Assembly: GCF_964204645.1 (NCBI RefSeq)
Contig: NC_134032.1
Location: 9,040,275 to 9,104,274 of the forward strand
Source of the DNA: Tubulanus polymorphus
Taxonomy: Eukaryota; Animalia; Nemertea
Length of the DNA: 64,000 nucleotides
Direction: 5' to 3'
A model generated the notes under the pieces. That model saw only the letters and a program-made list of their open reading frames with translations, searched no databases and was not told where the DNA came from. Both the position numbers and the translations under genes were made by a program. Positions 60,670 to 64,000 of this stretch are shown here, one piece after another (position 1 is the stretch's first letter; every line of letters begins with the position of its first letter).

Positions 60670-63600
60670 TAGTCTCGCTCTTTCCGCTCAATTTTCTCAA
60701 ACTTGAATTTTTTAAGTCACACACTTCAGTGCACATGCGCAGCATAAATCAGCCAATAAGCCACGATGTAGGCTGTGGTAAAATAGCAGAAATTAACACT
60801 CTGTCGTATACGGTAAAATATCCACTGCGTATATTTCATTACTAACTATAAGATTCTTATTAGGCCTATATAGGCCTATAGCCATTGGCAAAATAGTGTA
60901 TACTAAAATAATGCTGCATTGGCAAAATATCCACTTCCTATTGGAAAAGTCAGGTTTGACTTTGAAAACCGCTTGCATACATGGTTTACACAAACTGTTT
61001 CGGTTTAAACTAAAAAACGCCGGTATCAAAACCGGTTTCCAAACCGGCATGAAAAAAATGGTTTTTCCTTAAAACTAAAACGTTTTTGCAAACCGATTCG
61101 AAACAATTGCGCCTTAGATCTTACAAGTTAGAGTGATTCTAACTTCTTAAAAGTGACTCTGGCTCTCTTTCCTTCGTTCCAAGTTCCTGTTTCCCCAGCC
61201 ACCACATCCGCTTCAAAACAATTCGTACGGATGATGACAACTTAAGAATTGCATTCAAAACATCAGAAAGCGCCTTCATTATTCTAGAAATTAACAATTC
61301 AGGTTCATACCTCAATTCATCGTAAAGATACAGACGAAAACTTAAAAAACTGGGTAGAATTTCCAAATTGACGGCAACAAGGAAGTAATAGTAGTGAGCA
61401 TGCCTAAAATACGGAATTGGATTTGAAATCGGGAAACTGCCGTCTATCGAAGCATCGATTGCCGCGGTTGGTGTTAAAACCGCGCATTTCATTTTTCAAA
61501 ATGAAATTTGAAATCCTGTAAGGCAGCACAATTTAAAGGCGCTTGTTGGTTTTTCAAATGCATTTAAGCTTACCAAAGTGAATTCTACACATTTATCAAC
61601 TTGATTTTTCAAATCGATTCGGCTAATCAATGCACTTCATTGAGTAATCATTTTAAATATTGGGTTTAGCCCGTAGCCAGGATTTTGAAAGGGGTGTTCT
61701 TATATTATAAAAAGGGCACTTTTGCATGTTTTGTATCCCTGGACAGCGAGCATCGTATGCTTAAAAGCAGAATTCTGTAGCTATTCCACAAAAAAACACA
61801 ACAAATGAATTTCAGTATAATCATTTGGAATGTAAGAAAAAATTTATTCACCACGAATTTATGTAAAGTAACTCTGGATGTTTAATAGTTCAATATAAAA
61901 TGTTTCCTAACTACATCCGTCTAGAGTGTTATCCCACAAATGTTTTCTTCCTGAAAATAGAATTGAAAAGAGACAAAACAAGCGCCGATTAATGGAAATT
62001 ATGATGGTAAATTTCGCTTGATTTTTTTGATTGAGTGTCCCTTACAGACCCACCACACCGGCCGGGAAATCGGAAATCGAAATGCAGATATAGTTGTGTG
62101 ATCGGCGGTCGAGTTTGGCAGAATTTTTATTTAAATCGAAGTACATAATTGGAAATTAGGTTCCGGTTCATTCAACAATATTCCAACCAGTCGGAACCGG
62201 CTTAATTCAATATATCGAAATTTTAATAGCTAGGTTGAAGATCATTTTTTTCAAAACCTGTTCCATTGTAGACCGTTTGAAATGGCTTATAGTCAGGTCA
62301 ATCCTGGAACGCCTTTTCCTCAACTGAGATTCACTTCAATACGCGCAAAAGGCGAACGCGAATTAGATTTCGTTCCTTCGGCGAGTGCAAATGAACTAAA
62401 ATTTGACTCAAGTTGAAAGAGTTTTACAGACAGATTTTACGCTGCCCAAGATTCTTGTAATGAGATTCCGCTTAAGATGAAGAAGGTTTAAAGATCGAAG
62501 CCTGCGACAACCACACATTGATAACTATCTAAATGCGAGACTTAAAAGATCGAAGCCTACGACAACACACACATTGATAACTATTTAAATGCGAGACGAC
62601 AACTCACACGTCAAAGTGACAAATGATTTAGATGATAAAACTGGTCTTTCGTGGCATAGTCATCTGGAAAATTTTCGTTTCGAAATGTCAGCTTCCTTTC
62701 TATCTAGTCAACGCGGGCTCAACCTAGAGGATTATACGTCAAGCAATACATCTACAATAAACTATCGGACTATTTACACGTAGAAAACCACCAAAAATAT
62801 TAAAATGGACAAAATGATCTTCAACCTTGTACAACTTGACAATTCTGTGACGGTGCGCATATTGAAATTTAGAAAAATATGACCGGAGGCACGTGTGTGT
62901 TCACACCCTCAGGACAAGACCAGTGAGTTCGGCTTCCGTGGCGGTGACCGTGCAACCCCCCCCCCCCCTCACGACATAGCTCGAGTCCATATCCTTTCTT
63001 AAATCATAAAAAGTGCAGCATCGTATATGCTCAAAACCAGAATTCTGTAAAAACAACAAATGAATTTCAGTACTAGTTTTGGCCAGGTTTATCTCTGGTT
63101 TTAGTGCGGGGCCTTTGAAGCGTTGAACTATAATTCGGATAACCGACAACCGGAATAACAATTGTTGGTTTGCCATACAGTTAGCTCGGGCTACGAACAA
63201 TTGTAGGCAGGCTCGGCTGAGCTCGTAATTCTGAAGACCGCTGATTTCTGAGACCTTCTGCACGAGAATCTCCCCTGCCAGGATTCGACCTCGATTGAAA
63301 CTCGATACCGACATTGTACATTTTGACATGCGCGGTTATCTGAGACACTATCAAAATATCAATATCAAAATGGCGTGCTAAACTAACGCGTGGCAAAAAC
63401 CTCGCCCAATTTCAAACGTAGTCAGCCTCCTTTAAAACCCCAGAAATCAACATTCGGTAAGTATTCATAACATAAGTTAAAATGGCGAAAAATATTTCAT
63501 CTTAGATTGTGGGTAATCGACATAATCATATTGATTCGGAGGTGAATCTACTAGGCACACATGGTGAAAATCAGTCAAGCAAGAAGACAAGTTTAAAAAT

Positions 63601-64000
63601 TAAATTAGGGCCAATGATGAATTTACTGACCGGGGCGGATCTAGGTATTTAGAGTAAGGGCCCAAAACTTCGAGAGCTGCAGGGGCGGATGCATGGACCA
63701 CTGTCGAGGGTAGAACTTAGGCTGTAAAAAGGGCATAATTTTGAAATTCTTCTCCATTATACCAGAATGCTCGTAATTCCATGAGATTGAGGCTACTTCC
63801 GTTACGTCACTGAGTTGCTGACTTCCGTCACTTCGAGACGTCCGAGAATTTGTTCTCATTATTTTTGCTGAACTATATCGTTCAACATCTCCTTTAGGCC
63901 TTTTTTTATTCCTTTTTTAATGTAAGTCTTCGGAAATCGCTGAATATCCGTAGCTTTTTTCTTGTAAATTATTAAATTTACTTTTGTTTTGGTCTCATTT

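Noticed and set aside
61139-61492. 117-aa minus-strand ORF as an upstream DENND3 coding exon
   Set aside because: No recognisable homology, and an in-frame stop precedes the DENND3 ATG in its own exon.
62901-63396. 142-aa ORF, or a two-hairpin structured RNA with Pol III box-like motifs
   Set aside because: No recognisable protein or ncRNA family, the boxes are imperfect, and part of it matches a repeat also seen near 61700-61810. Left unassigned.

Overview
AT-rich eukaryotic genomic DNA with spliceosomal GT-AG introns, from an invertebrate animal (lophotrochozoan-like; the species cannot be determined here). The prokaryote-style ORF track therefore mostly shows exon fragments or noise. By manual splicing I reconstructed four genes. 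(1) A TPD52/D52-family gene on the minus strand (28663->7293), with a candidate alternative first exon, micro-exons and an alternative last exon. (2) SF3B6/p14 on the plus strand (29145-31709), head-to-head with TPD52. (3) A 24-exon DENND3 orthologue on the minus strand (59511->34560, about 1286 aa). (4) A compact 3-exon GRL101-like LGR receptor on the plus strand (49801-56097, about 1935 aa), nested antisense inside DENND3 intron 4, with an extended signal peptide-CUB-like-C-type lectin-LDLa-LRR-7TM architecture. The left edge holds a signal-peptide exon of an unidentified gene and a frameshifted Penelope-like RT fragment. Introns are full of MITEs (Harbinger-, Tc1/mariner- and piggyBac-like), foldback elements and minisatellites. 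The most interesting signals are the nested receptor, clusters of CTCF-like motifs beside TPD52 exons, a templated-insertion scar copying exon sequence, and minisatellites apparently built from transposon terminal repeats. No CRISPR, rRNA or tRNA gene was found. Family assignments rest on recalled motifs, not on database searches.
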